Shown piece by piece: positions 50,634-61,423 of a stretch of DNA of 64,000 bases. The notes below the pieces were generated by a model. The model did not search any database, was not told the origin of the DNA, and saw only the letters and a program-made list of their open reading frames with translations. The stretch covers positions 62,001 to 126,000 of the forward strand of contig MCFE01000202.1 in NCBI GenBank assembly GCA_002104905.1. The letters run 5' to 3'. Source of the DNA: Basidiobolus meristosporus CBS 931.73 (lineage: Eukaryota; Fungi; Basidiobolomycota). A program made the position numbers and the translations under genes. Positions within the stretch are counted from its first letter, which is position 1. Each line of letters begins with the position of its first letter.

Positions 50634-50895
50634 TGTTACAGTTAAGGCCCGAAAATCCTGTTAGCGTTACCTACAAGCCTAGTACCTACCATGGTATCAC
50701 CTTACCAAGCCTGGACCAAGGCTAAGGAATACTTAAAAGGACAGGCAAGAAAAGGAACAGACAGTTAGTTATAGTTATTAGCTCCAATCCGTCCTTGACC
50801 CATCCTGACCCAATCTCCCAAGACCCCTTTGAATAAACCTACTCTTAGTACCTATTCCCGAGATCCTATCTCTATCTGTACCAAGAGTTACAACA
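50634..50895 (+). mobile_element. Solo LTR with 4-bp target-site duplication
   Basis: TGTTAC...ACAACA, 262 bp, internal AATAAA, flanked by CAGT (50630-50633 and 50896-50899). Orientation inferred from AATAAA. Confidence 0.7.
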
Positions 50896-50906
50896 CAGTT
50901 AAATTC

Positions 50907-50979
50907 GGCCTCGTAGCTCAGTGGATAGAGCGTCCGCCTCCTAAGCGGAAGGTCCCAGGTTCGACCCCTGGCTTGGTTG
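50907..50979 (+). tRNA. tRNA-Arg(CCT), acceptor stem defective (possible pseudogene)
   Basis: 73-nt cloverleaf with perfect D, anticodon (TCCGC-CTCCTAA-GCGGA) and T arms; A20; TTTTT terminator; acceptor pairs 5 and 6 mismatched. Confidence 0.85.
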
Positions 50980-51837
50980 CTTTTTATTTATTTATTCCTA
51001 TCAATGTGAGGTAAAACAGCCTTTTGCCCCAAGCGCAGCAGAGTGACACTTCACTCAACGTCTTCAAATATGACACCATATGAACTGTTGGACAACCCGT
51101 TATTGCTCTTGTTATGCACTCAGATGAATGGCAAGCTAGAAGCCGAATGGGCCAACCCTAGTCACATCCAAAGTTGTTGAATTTGCGGTCATGAGATGAC
51201 TCAACTTCTCACCGGAAGTCTCTGTGTTAAGAGATAGGTTGGGAATGCTCTGGGCTGCATGGGTATTTGATGCTTCAGACACACACTTCAGCCGAACGTG
51301 TACATGAAAGTATGATCAGCCATTTCAAGTTATGTGGACAGTGGGGTGGAGTGAGAATACATCTAAAACGGGCAATACTCATGGTATGGAAGTCCGCACA
51401 CACCCCACTTGTCAACATTTTCATGGGTACTCGGGGAATTCTTGGTTCGATTACCACATGAATCTCCATGTCATTGTCCGAATCAAAGAGTACTTCTTCC
51501 ACAGCACTACTTCACTAATCACACACGTTCAGCTCTATTTATCCCAACTAGGTCCACACTCTGCCGGACCTCATGGTTTCCACCTCCTACAATCGACCAT
51601 TTACCTCCGAAAGAAGCCTTCTTATACAAGTAAATACACAGGAAGCTACATCAGTTCTTGACCATTCGATTGCTGGCTTCCATCAGAACATCCACATGGT
51701 TCACGAACCCGACGCACCCCAGCGGGAATGATCCATGTCATTCAAAATCAACCCAAAGTGCAGATTTAGACGAGGCGAAGGGGAGTTTATTTTCAACACC
51801 AGGAGGGATCGGAGTCTATTCGAGGCGGTGGGAATGC

Positions 51838-52089
51838 TTAGTTCTTGCTGTAGCAGCCGCCCTTGTTGCCACTGTGGCAACAGGATTGGAACTTGTTGAA
51901 GGTGGACTGGCTCCAGTCGGCGAGGGCTCCCCATTGGGTAACCCCGCGGTTGAGGACGGTGACCGCGCAGTATTCGGTGTTGACGGGATCGATGCCAGCG
52001 TTGCAGGAGTTGCGGGTTTTGGAGCACCAGTAGTAGGCGGTGCCGGCGTTGGCGACGCCGAAGAGTCCAACGAGGGTGAGAAGTTTCAT
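51838..52089 (-). CDS. Small secreted cysteine-rich protein (83 aa, 6 Cys)
   Basis: MKLLTLVGLFGVANA signal peptide; C-x6-C-x11-C-x28-CC-x7-C pattern; intronless. Confidence 0.75.
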   Translation of the reverse strand: MKLLTLVGLFGVANAGTAYYWCSKTRNSCNAGIDPVNTEYCAVTVLNRGVTQWGALADWSQSTFNKFQSCCHSGNKGGCYSKN

Positions 52090-52943
52090 CTGGGTAAGGG
52101 AAGAGGGTCTGTCTGGTGGTCGGTCAAGATCGAGAGCGCAGATCACTTGCCGTTGATGATGGTGCGCTTGATTCTTTTATACTCCTTTCTCTTGTCAACT
52201 TCCTCTTGGGAGCGAAGATTTTCGTCAATAACCACCTCACATCTCCGCCAATGGTGGCTCACGTTCACGTAGATCCTCACTTAATCAGGCTTGTGGATCA
52301 TATCTCCAGTTCCCAACTAAGGGTCCACGAATGAGGACCTCACGTATCCTCACCTAAGCTCGACCGAACGTCGCACCGCTGAATGAGCTAACCAGCTCTG
52401 TGTACGCACTGGTGCGAACTGGGGGTCAATTAATTTCAGCCATATCGGTGCATGCATGGGACCCCGGTGGAAAGTCCAAGCAAACGGTTGACCTGATTCT
52501 CAGTTGGTAAGATACCGGTTCCATAAAAGCCGAAATCTCAACCACTCGGATCCATCCGACTCGTATGGCTGAGGATGATCCATGCTTAATTCGACAATCG
52601 TGTGAAGGGTGTCGGAGGTAGATCTAGGGCTAATGGGGGCGATTTTGAGGATGCTAGACTGTAAAGATAGGGTGGAACTTGAATGCCAAGAGGTTACGTT
52701 TCCAGGTGCTGGTTGATACTAGTGTGGAAACAAAGCCTGAAGAGCATCATGAAGCTGAGAGTGCAGTCACCTAATAGAAGGATGCTTGGTTAGAACTCCA
52801 AGCTGGCGGCCGCTCCATCGGTGATGAGTGGGTGTATAGCGATTGATGGATATTCAGTGGTATAGTTATAGTATATATAAATGGGATTTATTCGGTATCC
52901 AGATTATGCATGAGAGATTTGGTACGATGAATGAGCAGTAAAA

Positions 52944-53837
52944 TTATTGCCCACGTGCAATAGTAGCGGTAATGTAGCCAGAGGGGTCGCTAATGGGTTG
53001 GAAAATGTTCATGTCCTTGCCTTCGTTGGGAAGGTTGAAGGGTTTCAGGTTGATACTGAGGTAGTGCTTGTTCGGGAGTGCATAGCTGATCTCGCGAACA
53101 TCCACATTCTGAACCAACACCTTCTCACCCATCTGGTACATGGTGGCTTGCACCGAGGCGGAGTCGTCAGTGGCAAAGGTGCTGAGGGTGATCTCACGAA
53201 CACTGTTGGCAATCTCGTCGAATGGAATCTCTTCGATCTTGGACTTCTCGAGGTTGTAGGTCCACTTGGCATCGACACTAGTGGAGAAGATTCGGTCAGT
53301 GGCGTCTTGAAGGGTAGTGTACTCGCAGCGGTGGAAGTTGGTGAAGGCAGAACCAGTGGACTTCAACACAAGGAGATCCTTGAGGCGAGACTCAATGGAC
53401 ACCTTTCCATCCCGAGAGACTGTCATCTCGACACGTCTAGTCTCATCGCCATCACGGAGGAAGGAGTGAGGGTGGAGTTGGCCATCGATCTCAACACGGG
53501 TCCAGCGGTGTTGGATGAGCTTGATGAAGACATCATCGACGTGGGAGTATCTGTTGATGAAGTGTTGGCCAATCTCGTAACCAAAGCGCTCGATGGTCTG
53601 GACATTCTCAGACTTCTTGGCAAGGACGTAGAGGGTGTTCTTGACAGTGTCAGTTGGGACAACAACAGAGTTGTCAGCCTCGGTGTAGGAGGTCTCGAAC
53701 TTGCCATCGAGGAGGACTTGAGCAGTGAGCTCGACAACATCATGCCAGTTCTTGGTGTGGCGGATGACCTTGGTGATGCGAACCTTGGTCTTGCCGTAGG
53801 CTTGCTTCTTTAGGTAGGCATTGGAGGTGTTGGCCAT
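52944..53837 (-). CDS. UOX: Uricase (urate oxidase), paralog A, 297 aa
   Basis: YGK, ADNSVVVPTDTVKNT, LKSTGSAF, DRIFST, SVQATMY, LPNKHY; ends IARGQ. Confidence 0.96.
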   Translation of the reverse strand: MANTSNAYLKKQAYGKTKVRITKVIRHTKNWHDVVELTAQVLLDGKFETSYTEADNSVVVPTDTVKNTLYVLAKKSENVQTIERFGYEIGQHFINRYSHVDDVFIKLIQHRWTRVEIDGQLHPHSFLRDGDETRRVEMTVSRDGKVSIESRLKDLLVLKSTGSAFTNFHRCEYTTLQDATDRIFSTSVDAKWTYNLEKSKIEEIPFDEIANSVREITLSTFATDDSASVQATMYQMGEKVLVQNVDVREISYALPNKHYLSINLKPFNLPNEGKDMNIFQPISDPSGYITATIARGQ

Positions 53838-54318
53838 TTTGTGGATGGGTGTTTGGCTAATGCTCTGTGTGAAATAGTGATGAGGGTTTCTCCCGATTAT
53901 ATAGTACATAGTTGGCTTGCATTAGCATAATGCTGGGTCGGTTCTCTGGTAGTCTCGGCCTTTGTTCGCACTTGTCCTCCTATCGTCGAAGGGTACATCA
54001 AGTTGCCACCCAACATAGATATTCTCAACGATTGAGATCTACTCCACATCCTTTAATTTCGCTCCTATCACAGATGAGCTGTGTGACATAAACTGCCGTG
54101 TCGCCAGTCCAATAAGTCAAATCTGATCTATTCAGCTGGCATAACTAGCTACTGATCTAAGTCTAGACTCAGATTTTGGGAGCTGGACTAAAGGTGACTA
54201 GAATATGGTCTTAGCGCCAGTCCGAAGCTATACGTGTGGAGATGGAAGCAAATACCGCTGCTCGTATATAAAGTGGTACTAGGTCGTAGATAGTAGTAAT
54301 TATCTACTATCTTACAAA

Positions 54319-55209
54319 ATGTCCGGAGCAGCTGAGCTGAAGCGTCAAGCCTATGGCAAGGCCAAGGTCAGAGTCACCAAGGCTATCCGTCACACCGCCC
54401 AATATAACGACATTGTCGAGCTCACCTGCCAAGTGCTCCTTGAGGGTGACTTCAAAGAGGCCTACACCAAGGCTGACAACAGCATGGTTGTCCCCACTGA
54501 CACCATCAAGAACACTTGCTACGTTATTGCCAAGAAGTCCGACCACGTCCAGACCATCGAGCGCTATGCTTACGAGCTTGGCAAGCACTTTGTTGACAAG
54601 TACTCCCACGTCACCCATGCCAGTGTCCACATTGTCCAACAACGTTGGGCCAGAATCAATGTCAATGGTGAGCCGCATCCTCACTCCTTCTACCGTGATG
54701 GCAGTGAGACCAGAGAGACCTGGGTTACTGTTGCTGCTGACAGAGTGAGCATCAAATCGGGATTGGAAGGGCTGCTTGTGTTGAAGACCACCGGCTCCTC
54801 CTTCACCAACTTCCATCTCTGCGAGAACACCACCCTTCAGGATGCCGATGACCGAATCTTCTCCACCACTGTCAAGGCCCACTACAACATCGACACCTCA
54901 ATCGGTGTCGAGAACGTTCCATTTGACCGCATCTTTGAAGGAGTGCGCAAGACCACCCTGGATGTGTTCGCTCACGATGACTCTGCCTCCGTTCAGGCCA
55001 CCATGTACCGTATGGCCGAGTTAATCTTGAGGCGGTTCCCTGAAGTCCAGGATGTGTACTACGCACTGCCCAACAGCCACCACTTTACTACCAACCTTGC
55101 CCCCTTCAATCTACCCAATGCTGGCCAGGAGATGACGATTTTCTCGCCAGTGACTGACTTCTCTGGATACATCACTGCCACCATTGGTCGTTGTGGTAAC
55201 AAATTTTAA
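54319..55209 (+). CDS. UOX: Uricase (urate oxidase), paralog B, 296 aa
   Basis: YGK, ADNSMVVPTDTIKNT, LKTTGSSF, DRIFST, SVQATMY, LPNSHH; ends CGNKF. Confidence 0.96.
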   Translation: MSGAAELKRQAYGKAKVRVTKAIRHTAQYNDIVELTCQVLLEGDFKEAYTKADNSMVVPTDTIKNTCYVIAKKSDHVQTIERYAYELGKHFVDKYSHVTHASVHIVQQRWARINVNGEPHPHSFYRDGSETRETWVTVAADRVSIKSGLEGLLVLKTTGSSFTNFHLCENTTLQDADDRIFSTTVKAHYNIDTSIGVENVPFDRIFEGVRKTTLDVFAHDDSASVQATMYRMAELILRRFPEVQDVYYALPNSHHFTTNLAPFNLPNAGQEMTIFSPVTDFSGYITATIGRCGNKF

Positions 55210-56110
55210 TCTACCATCATTTCACTGTAAAATTCGTTAAATAAATCTTTTCGAATAAATTTATCACCAACTCTCATCAATCATGTTTAAAGCGGTAATC
55301 TATTATTGATACAACTGGGTACTTGCTCCCTTGTCGGAACAAATGAACGATTAAGATTATACATGATTATGACAGTTTAGCCACCATGATACGAACAGCC
55401 ACACGTAACCATCAACCAGTAATCGGTATCTGTGGACAGTATTCCTCGGGAATGTGGATATATGCACCCAAAAACGATCGTTGTTTGAGTAGATGTTTGG
55501 TGCAATGTGTTCTGGTTAGTTCACTCGTTATTACTTACACTATTCACTATATGCATTCTATACTACAATACTCCTGGTAGATCGACTTTGTTAATGGGGA
55601 TAATTGAATTTTAGTAGACAGCATACATTCCAAGTAGACACTAACAACTCTATACAGATTTGAACCGGGCTTTGACCAATATTGAAAAATGCTTTCACTT
55701 TGATGAAGCCTTGAAAACGATGAGATTATGATGTCTTTGCAGTAACAGAAAGTCGCTTTTACCTCTCAAGGTATTCAGTAAAAATAAGGTAATCACATGA
55801 AACACGATGAATAGTAAAAGGACTTGACCAAGCATCGTTGCATTGTTTCCGCAACGAACCGGAGGATTGGCCAAGTATGAAATCACAGCATAGGGATCAT
55901 TATTCGGTGATTCCAGGGCTACACCAACTGTACAGGGATGGAGATGATACACAGTGTTTGAAATGCCAAAACAACCACTGGGTTACAGAGGCTCAGTTCT
56001 AGGCTGCATAGAAAGTATCAATCAAACTAATTGCAACATTCCTGCAGCGACTCACAATCAGTACATAAAAAAGTGATTGGAACATCCACATCCTCACCAG
56101 TCTGCCCTCC

Positions 56111-56644
56111 ATGTCCATCATAAAATCCCTACTGTTGTTCAGCGTTGCGATTGCTCTTACTCACAATCCTGTTGCTAGTCAGGAAGTTGAAGATGGTAGC
56201 ACAGCTGTTGCCAGTCAGGGGACTACTGATGGTGGAGCCGCGGTGCCGGGTCCTGAAGTCATTCGCCTGGAAAAGCGGTACGGTGGTGGCCCCGCTCTCT
56301 TCAGTTCTCATAGCATTGCCGGAAGTGTACCCGTAATTCAAGGCAGTCCTCTAAATCTGGGAAACAGTAGCAAAGGAAAGAAACACGGACGCGGGCACGG
56401 GCACGGAACTGCTGGAAAACGAGGTCCACGTGGGAGACGTGGAAGACAGGGGAAGCGGGGGAGACAAGGAAAGCGAGGAAGACCTGGTAGGCCAGGCAGA
56501 CCAGGTAAATCCGAGATCTATGTTGTAAATCCAGAACCTCCAACAACTCCAGCCCCTGAACCAAAACCTTATTCTGATGATGTTCCCCCAGTCACAAACT
56601 CTCATACGGATGATAGTGCCCCTCCAGCTGAGCCAAATTACTAG
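56111..56644 (+). CDS. Secreted protein with a short cationic collagen-like (Gly-X-Y)12 segment
   Basis: Signal peptide, LEKR site, 12 Gly-X-Y triplets (56405-56512), Pro/acidic tail. Confidence 0.75.
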   Translation: MSIIKSLLLFSVAIALTHNPVASQEVEDGSTAVASQGTTDGGAAVPGPEVIRLEKRYGGGPALFSSHSIAGSVPVIQGSPLNLGNSSKGKKHGRGHGHGTAGKRGPRGRRGRQGKRGRQGKRGRPGRPGRPGKSEIYVVNPEPPTTPAPEPKPYSDDVPPVTNSHTDDSAPPAEPNY

Positions 56645-57479
56645 TTGCTGGAATAATAAAGAACTGAGGGATTGATGGAAATACACTATAATTGTTATGA
56701 ACAGCACATCTATTCAATAACATAATCATTTGCCACGATGGCAAAGGTGTTGTTTATCTAGAACATTTCCGAATTGAATTCTCTTTCTCAATGCCACACA
56801 ATAAGACTTGACATGCATCAATGAACAGGCATTGAGTTGCGGTTGAAAGTGTTTGTCTCAGCTCATTGCATCAGGATACTTTGCCTATACGTACCTGACT
56901 AGTGATGATACCCGTAGAGGTGGTTCTGGAATCATCGGAGCTAGCATGCATTAATAATGGAAATGAAACGGTTCTGGATACGGAATGGAGGTAATGGTTA
57001 GGATGTTGCTGATTCCGTCAGTGGTTTAAGTGGTCAAGAGCTTGTGCAGAAGCGCTGGCCCGTACAATTTTTGGACTACATTATAAAATCATCTATACAT
57101 ACAAATAAAATCCAGTTCCGATTCAGTTCAGATCCTGGACAGCCAGCAATATACACGTAAAATATTTTGCCCTGCTTATCAAGTGGGGGGTAAACCATAT
57201 AATGGCAAATAAGGCGTTGTTTACTCAATTCACAAGGCAGGGGGTGAACTACCAATCGCCATTTTTGGCTAAATTTGGGTTGATTCTGATAGTTAACACA
57301 CTGAACTGTATCTTGGCTTAATGAGACAGAGCAGGAAAAGGAAAGGGGCACTTGTTTACATACGGGATACCCCATGTTTCGCTGGCCCATAAAGGGAAAG
57401 CTGTAGGTTGGTATAAATGGAGGCTCTATTGAGATATATCAAGGCATCCACTAAGTGCTATATCTCTTTTTAAAATAGA

Positions 57480-58918
57480 ATGAAATTCTCCGCTCTTAGA
57501 ATCTTGTGCTTCCTCTCTGGTTTGGCAGCAATCAACGCTGCAGCTTTCGATCGGAGATTGCAAGCTAGAAGCGGTGGGGCCTATGATGTGACGGATGTAT
57601 TTGGTGGAGGTAATGGCGGAAATGGCGATTCTAACGGCAATGGTGGTAATGGTAAAGGAGGAAACGGAGCTGGTACCTATGGTTCTGGAAATGGCGACAA
57701 CGGAAACAGCGGTAACGGCAACGGAGGTAATGAAGGGAACGGAGCTGGCGCCTATGACTCTGGAAATGGTGGTAATGGCAACGGTAATAGAGGTAATGGA
57801 GATGGTAATGGTAGTAATGGCAACGGAGGAAATGGAGCTGGCACCTACGATTCTGGAAACAGTAATGGAGACAACGGTGGTGGCAATGGTGGCAATGGTA
57901 ATGGAGGAAAGGGAGCTGGCGCCTACGATTTTGGAAACGGCGGTAATAGTAATGGTAACGGTAACGGAGGCAATGGCAATGGAGGAAATGGAGATGGTAA
58001 CGGTAATGCCGGCAGCGGAGCTGGTGGCTATGGCTCCGGAAGCGAAGGTAATGGCAACGGCAATGACAATGGAGGAAACGGAGCCGGCGCCCATGACTCT
58101 GGAAACGGTGGCAATGGAAGCAATGGGGCTGGTGCTTATGACTTTGGAAACAGTGACAATAATAACGGTAACGGAGGCAACGGTGGTGGCATGGCAATGG
58201 CAATGGCGATGGAGGTAATCAAGCTGGAGCCTATCACTCTGGAAACGGTGGTAATGACAACGATAACGGAGGCAATGGTAATGGTAATGGCAATGGAGAA
58301 AATGGAGCTGGTGCCTACGATTCTGGAAGCGGCGGTAATGGAGGCAATGGAGATAGTAATGGCAATGGCGGCAACGGAACCGGTACCTATGATACTGGAG
58401 ACGGTGGTAACAATGGAAATGGCAACGGTGGTGGCAATGGCAATGGAGAAAATGGGGCTGGTGCCTACGATTCTGGAAACGGCGATGATGGTAACGGTAA
58501 CGGTAACGGAGGCAATGGCAATGGCAATGGTGGAAATGGAGATAATAAGGGCAATGGCGGCAATAGAGCTGGTGCCTATGATACTGGAAACGGTGGCGGC
58601 AATGGAAATGGCAACGGTAACGGAGGCAACGGAGGCGGCAATGGTAATGGAGGAAATGGAGCTGGCGCCTACGATTCTGGAAACCATGGTAACGGTAACG
58701 GTAACGGTAGTGAAGGCAATAGCAATGGAGGAAATGGAGATAGTAACGGCAATGGCGGCAATGGAGCTGGTGCTTATGATACTGGAAGCGGTGGCGGGAA
58801 TGTAAATGGCAATGGTAACGGAGGCAATGGTGGTGGCAATGACAATGGAGGAAATGGAGCTGGTACTTATGATTCTGGAAACGGAGGTAATGGGAATGGT
58901 AACGACGATTGCCAGTAA
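57480..58918 (+). CDS. Secreted Gly/Asn-rich GAGAYDSG-repeat protein, copy 1 (1-nt frameshift at ~58191)
   Basis: Same N-terminus as copy 2; repeats continue in another frame after GGC-ATG-GCA and end DDCQ* at 58918; the span of 1439 nt is one base short of 480 codons. Confidence 0.75.
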
Positions 58919-59813
58919 TTATAGAGTCATATAATCTAAAATTTGCTTTTATATATAAATTCCATAAATAAAATCGAATATAGCTGATACTCACGACCCG
59001 AAGTAATACAGTGACAAAAAGTGTGGAAAAACCCTCACTAACCACTCAGGATACAAGAAAGCAGTAAATTCCTATCTAAAAGCTGTGTGTTGATCTATGG
59101 ATCCAATAGTCATTTTCCAAGTTCAGTCGAAGACACTTTGATTTTTTGGATTATTTCCATTCTCGAATCCCTACCCAAGTAGAGAGTAATGTTCCAGAAT
59201 AATGAGGTTGTCTTTGTAAAATGGTTGGACTATGCACTCAAACTAGAGCTAAATACTGCAATGAGTTGTGTATTTACTCACCTTTCTTAAAACATTCTTG
59301 CGCTATACGGTGATTACTCTACATATCAGAGTTTAGCAAAGAGTTGCTTGTCGTTTTGGTGAGAGTAATTCCCACTTCTACAATAACATCACTATATAAA
59401 TAAATCCTTCCTAAACAGTTGTCCATAGTTGCAGTATGTCAACATATTCTATTCGATTGGTGCGAATACCGAAATGTTATCGAGATCCTAACTCCCGATT
59501 CTCCAGAATAGCCAGTGAAACCTCGCTTACTTGATATGATGCAACTCACCAGCCACGGGGTAGAGGAAGTTAAGGTAAATGTGGGGAAGAAGGTTTCGTT
59601 TACTCAATTCACCAGGCAGGGGGTGGACTCCTTACGATACTTAACTCATTGAAATGTACCTTGGCTTGCTGAGACATAACTAGAAAAAGAAAGGGGCGTC
59701 AGTGTGCATATTCTTTCTGTCCAAAAGGCTAATGCTGTAAATTGGTATAAATAGAAGCTCTAGTGAGATATATCAAGGCATCCACTAAGTGCTATATCTC
59801 TTTTTAAAATAGA

Positions 59814-61043
59814 ATGAAATTCTCCGCTCTTAGAATCTTGTGCTTCCTCTCTGGTTTGGCAGCAATCAACGCTGCAGCCTTCGATCGGAGATTGCAAGCT
59901 AGAAGCGGTGGGGCCTATGATGTGACGGATGTATTTGATGGTGGAAATGGTGGAAATGGCGATTCTAACGGCAATGGTGGTGATGGTAATGGAGGAAACG
60001 GAGCTGGTGCCTATGGCTCTGGAAATGGCGGCAACGGAAACCAAGGCGGTGGAAATGGTGGTAACGGTGCTGGTGCTTACGACTCTGGCAATGATGGCAA
60101 TGAAAACGGCGGTAATGGCAACGGCGGTAACGGTGCTGGTGCTTATGACTCTGGGAACGGCAATGGTGGTAATGGAGGAAACGGAAATGGCGGCAACAGA
60201 AACGGCGGTAATGGAGATAGCAATGGAAATGGAGGTACCGGAGCCGGTGCTTATGACTCTGGCAGTGGAGGTAGTAATGGAAACGGCGGTAACGGTAACG
60301 GTAACGAAGGTAATCGAGATGATAATAGCGGTAACGGAAACGGTGCTGGCGCTTACGACTCTGGAAACGGCAACAGTGATAATGGAAGTGGAGGCCATGA
60401 AGACGGCAATGGAAACGGTGGAAACGGGATCGGTGGTAATGGAAACGGAGGTAACGGAGCCGGCGCCTATGACTCTGGAAATGGAGACAAAGGAGATGAA
60501 AATAGCGGCAGTAACAACGGTGGCAACGGGAATGGAGGGAACGGAGCTGGTATTTATGACTCTGGAAATGGAGGAAGCGGAAACGGCAGTAACGACAACG
60601 GAGTCAATGGAAATGGTAATGGAAACGATGGCAACGAAGCCAGTGCCTATGGCCCTGGAAATGGTGGAAACGAAAACGGCGGTAACGGCAACGGAGGTAA
60701 TGGGGATGGTAATGGTAATGGTGCTGGCCCTTTTGACTCTGGTAATGGTGATAGCGGGGAAGGTAGCATTGGCAATAGAGATAGTAATAGCGGTAATGGA
60801 AACGGTAGCAACGGTGCTGGCGCTTACGACTCCGGAAACGGCAACGCTGGTAACAAAAACGGAGGCAATGATGATGGCAATGAAACTGGTGGAAATGGAA
60901 CAGGTGCTTATGACTCTGGAAACGGAAACGGTGGTAACGGCAACGGGGGTAATGGAGATGGCAGTGGAAACGGTGCTAGTGCTAATGACTCGGGAAACAA
61001 TGGTGGTAATGGCACCGGGAATGGTAATGACAATTGTCAGTAA
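59814..61043 (+). CDS. Secreted Gly/Asn-rich GAGAYDSG-repeat protein, copy 2 (409 aa)
   Basis: Signal peptide MKFSALRILCFLSGLAAINA; about 12 G(A/T)G(A/I/P)(Y/F)DSG-type units separated by NG-rich spacers; ends DNCQ. Confidence 0.85.
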   Translation: MKFSALRILCFLSGLAAINAAAFDRRLQARSGGAYDVTDVFDGGNGGNGDSNGNGGDGNGGNGAGAYGSGNGGNGNQGGGNGGNGAGAYDSGNDGNENGGNGNGGNGAGAYDSGNGNGGNGGNGNGGNRNGGNGDSNGNGGTGAGAYDSGSGGSNGNGGNGNGNEGNRDDNSGNGNGAGAYDSGNGNSDNGSGGHEDGNGNGGNGIGGNGNGGNGAGAYDSGNGDKGDENSGSNNGGNGNGGNGAGIYDSGNGGSGNGSNDNGVNGNGNGNDGNEASAYGPGNGGNENGGNGNGGNGDGNGNGAGPFDSGNGDSGEGSIGNRDSNSGNGNGSNGAGAYDSGNGNAGNKNGGNDDGNETGGNGTGAYDSGNGNGGNGNGGNGDGSGNGASANDSGNNGGNGTGNGNDNCQ

Positions 61044-61145
61044 CACATGGAGTTATGGTAGAATGATAATGTATTTATAATCTATATCACCCATAAATAA
61101 CATTGCTTAATCGATATCACTTCTCTATTTATAATATAAATGTCT

Positions 61146-61174
61146 CGTGGGTTCGACCCCCCACCTGGGTAGCA
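61146..61174 (+). pseudogene. tRNA 3' fragment (T arm / B box)
   Basis: GTGGG-TTCGACC-CCCCAC followed by CTGGGTAGCA; no 5' half upstream. Confidence 0.45.
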
Positions 61175-61423
61175 AGTATTTTATCATATGCAATCTGTTA
61201 GGAGGGACACTACATTATTTTAACCCTCGCCAGAGAAAATACTGAATTAAAATGACGGCAGAAGCAAAGAATAGGTCATAACCGGCAGGGTTGAGGTCCG
61301 ACGCCTTGGTGATGGCAAGTAGTGCTCTGCGTGGAAGATTGGCTGGCATCAATGTGTTGTTCTGAATACCAACTAAGCCCATTGTGGCTTGGTTTTTCTC
61401 CTAATATCTATTTATTAATATAA

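Noticed and set aside
52947-53813. 288-aa antisense ORF over uricase A; similar shadows over prolidase, H4, the MTs and the Ki-67-like gene
   Set aside because: In-register antisense frames caused by codon bias; no motifs.
57426-61080. Long antisense and alternate-frame ORFs (539, 428, 383 aa) over the Gly/Asn genes
   Set aside because: Shadows of GGN/AAY codon periodicity, which rarely creates stops; no start context or domain.
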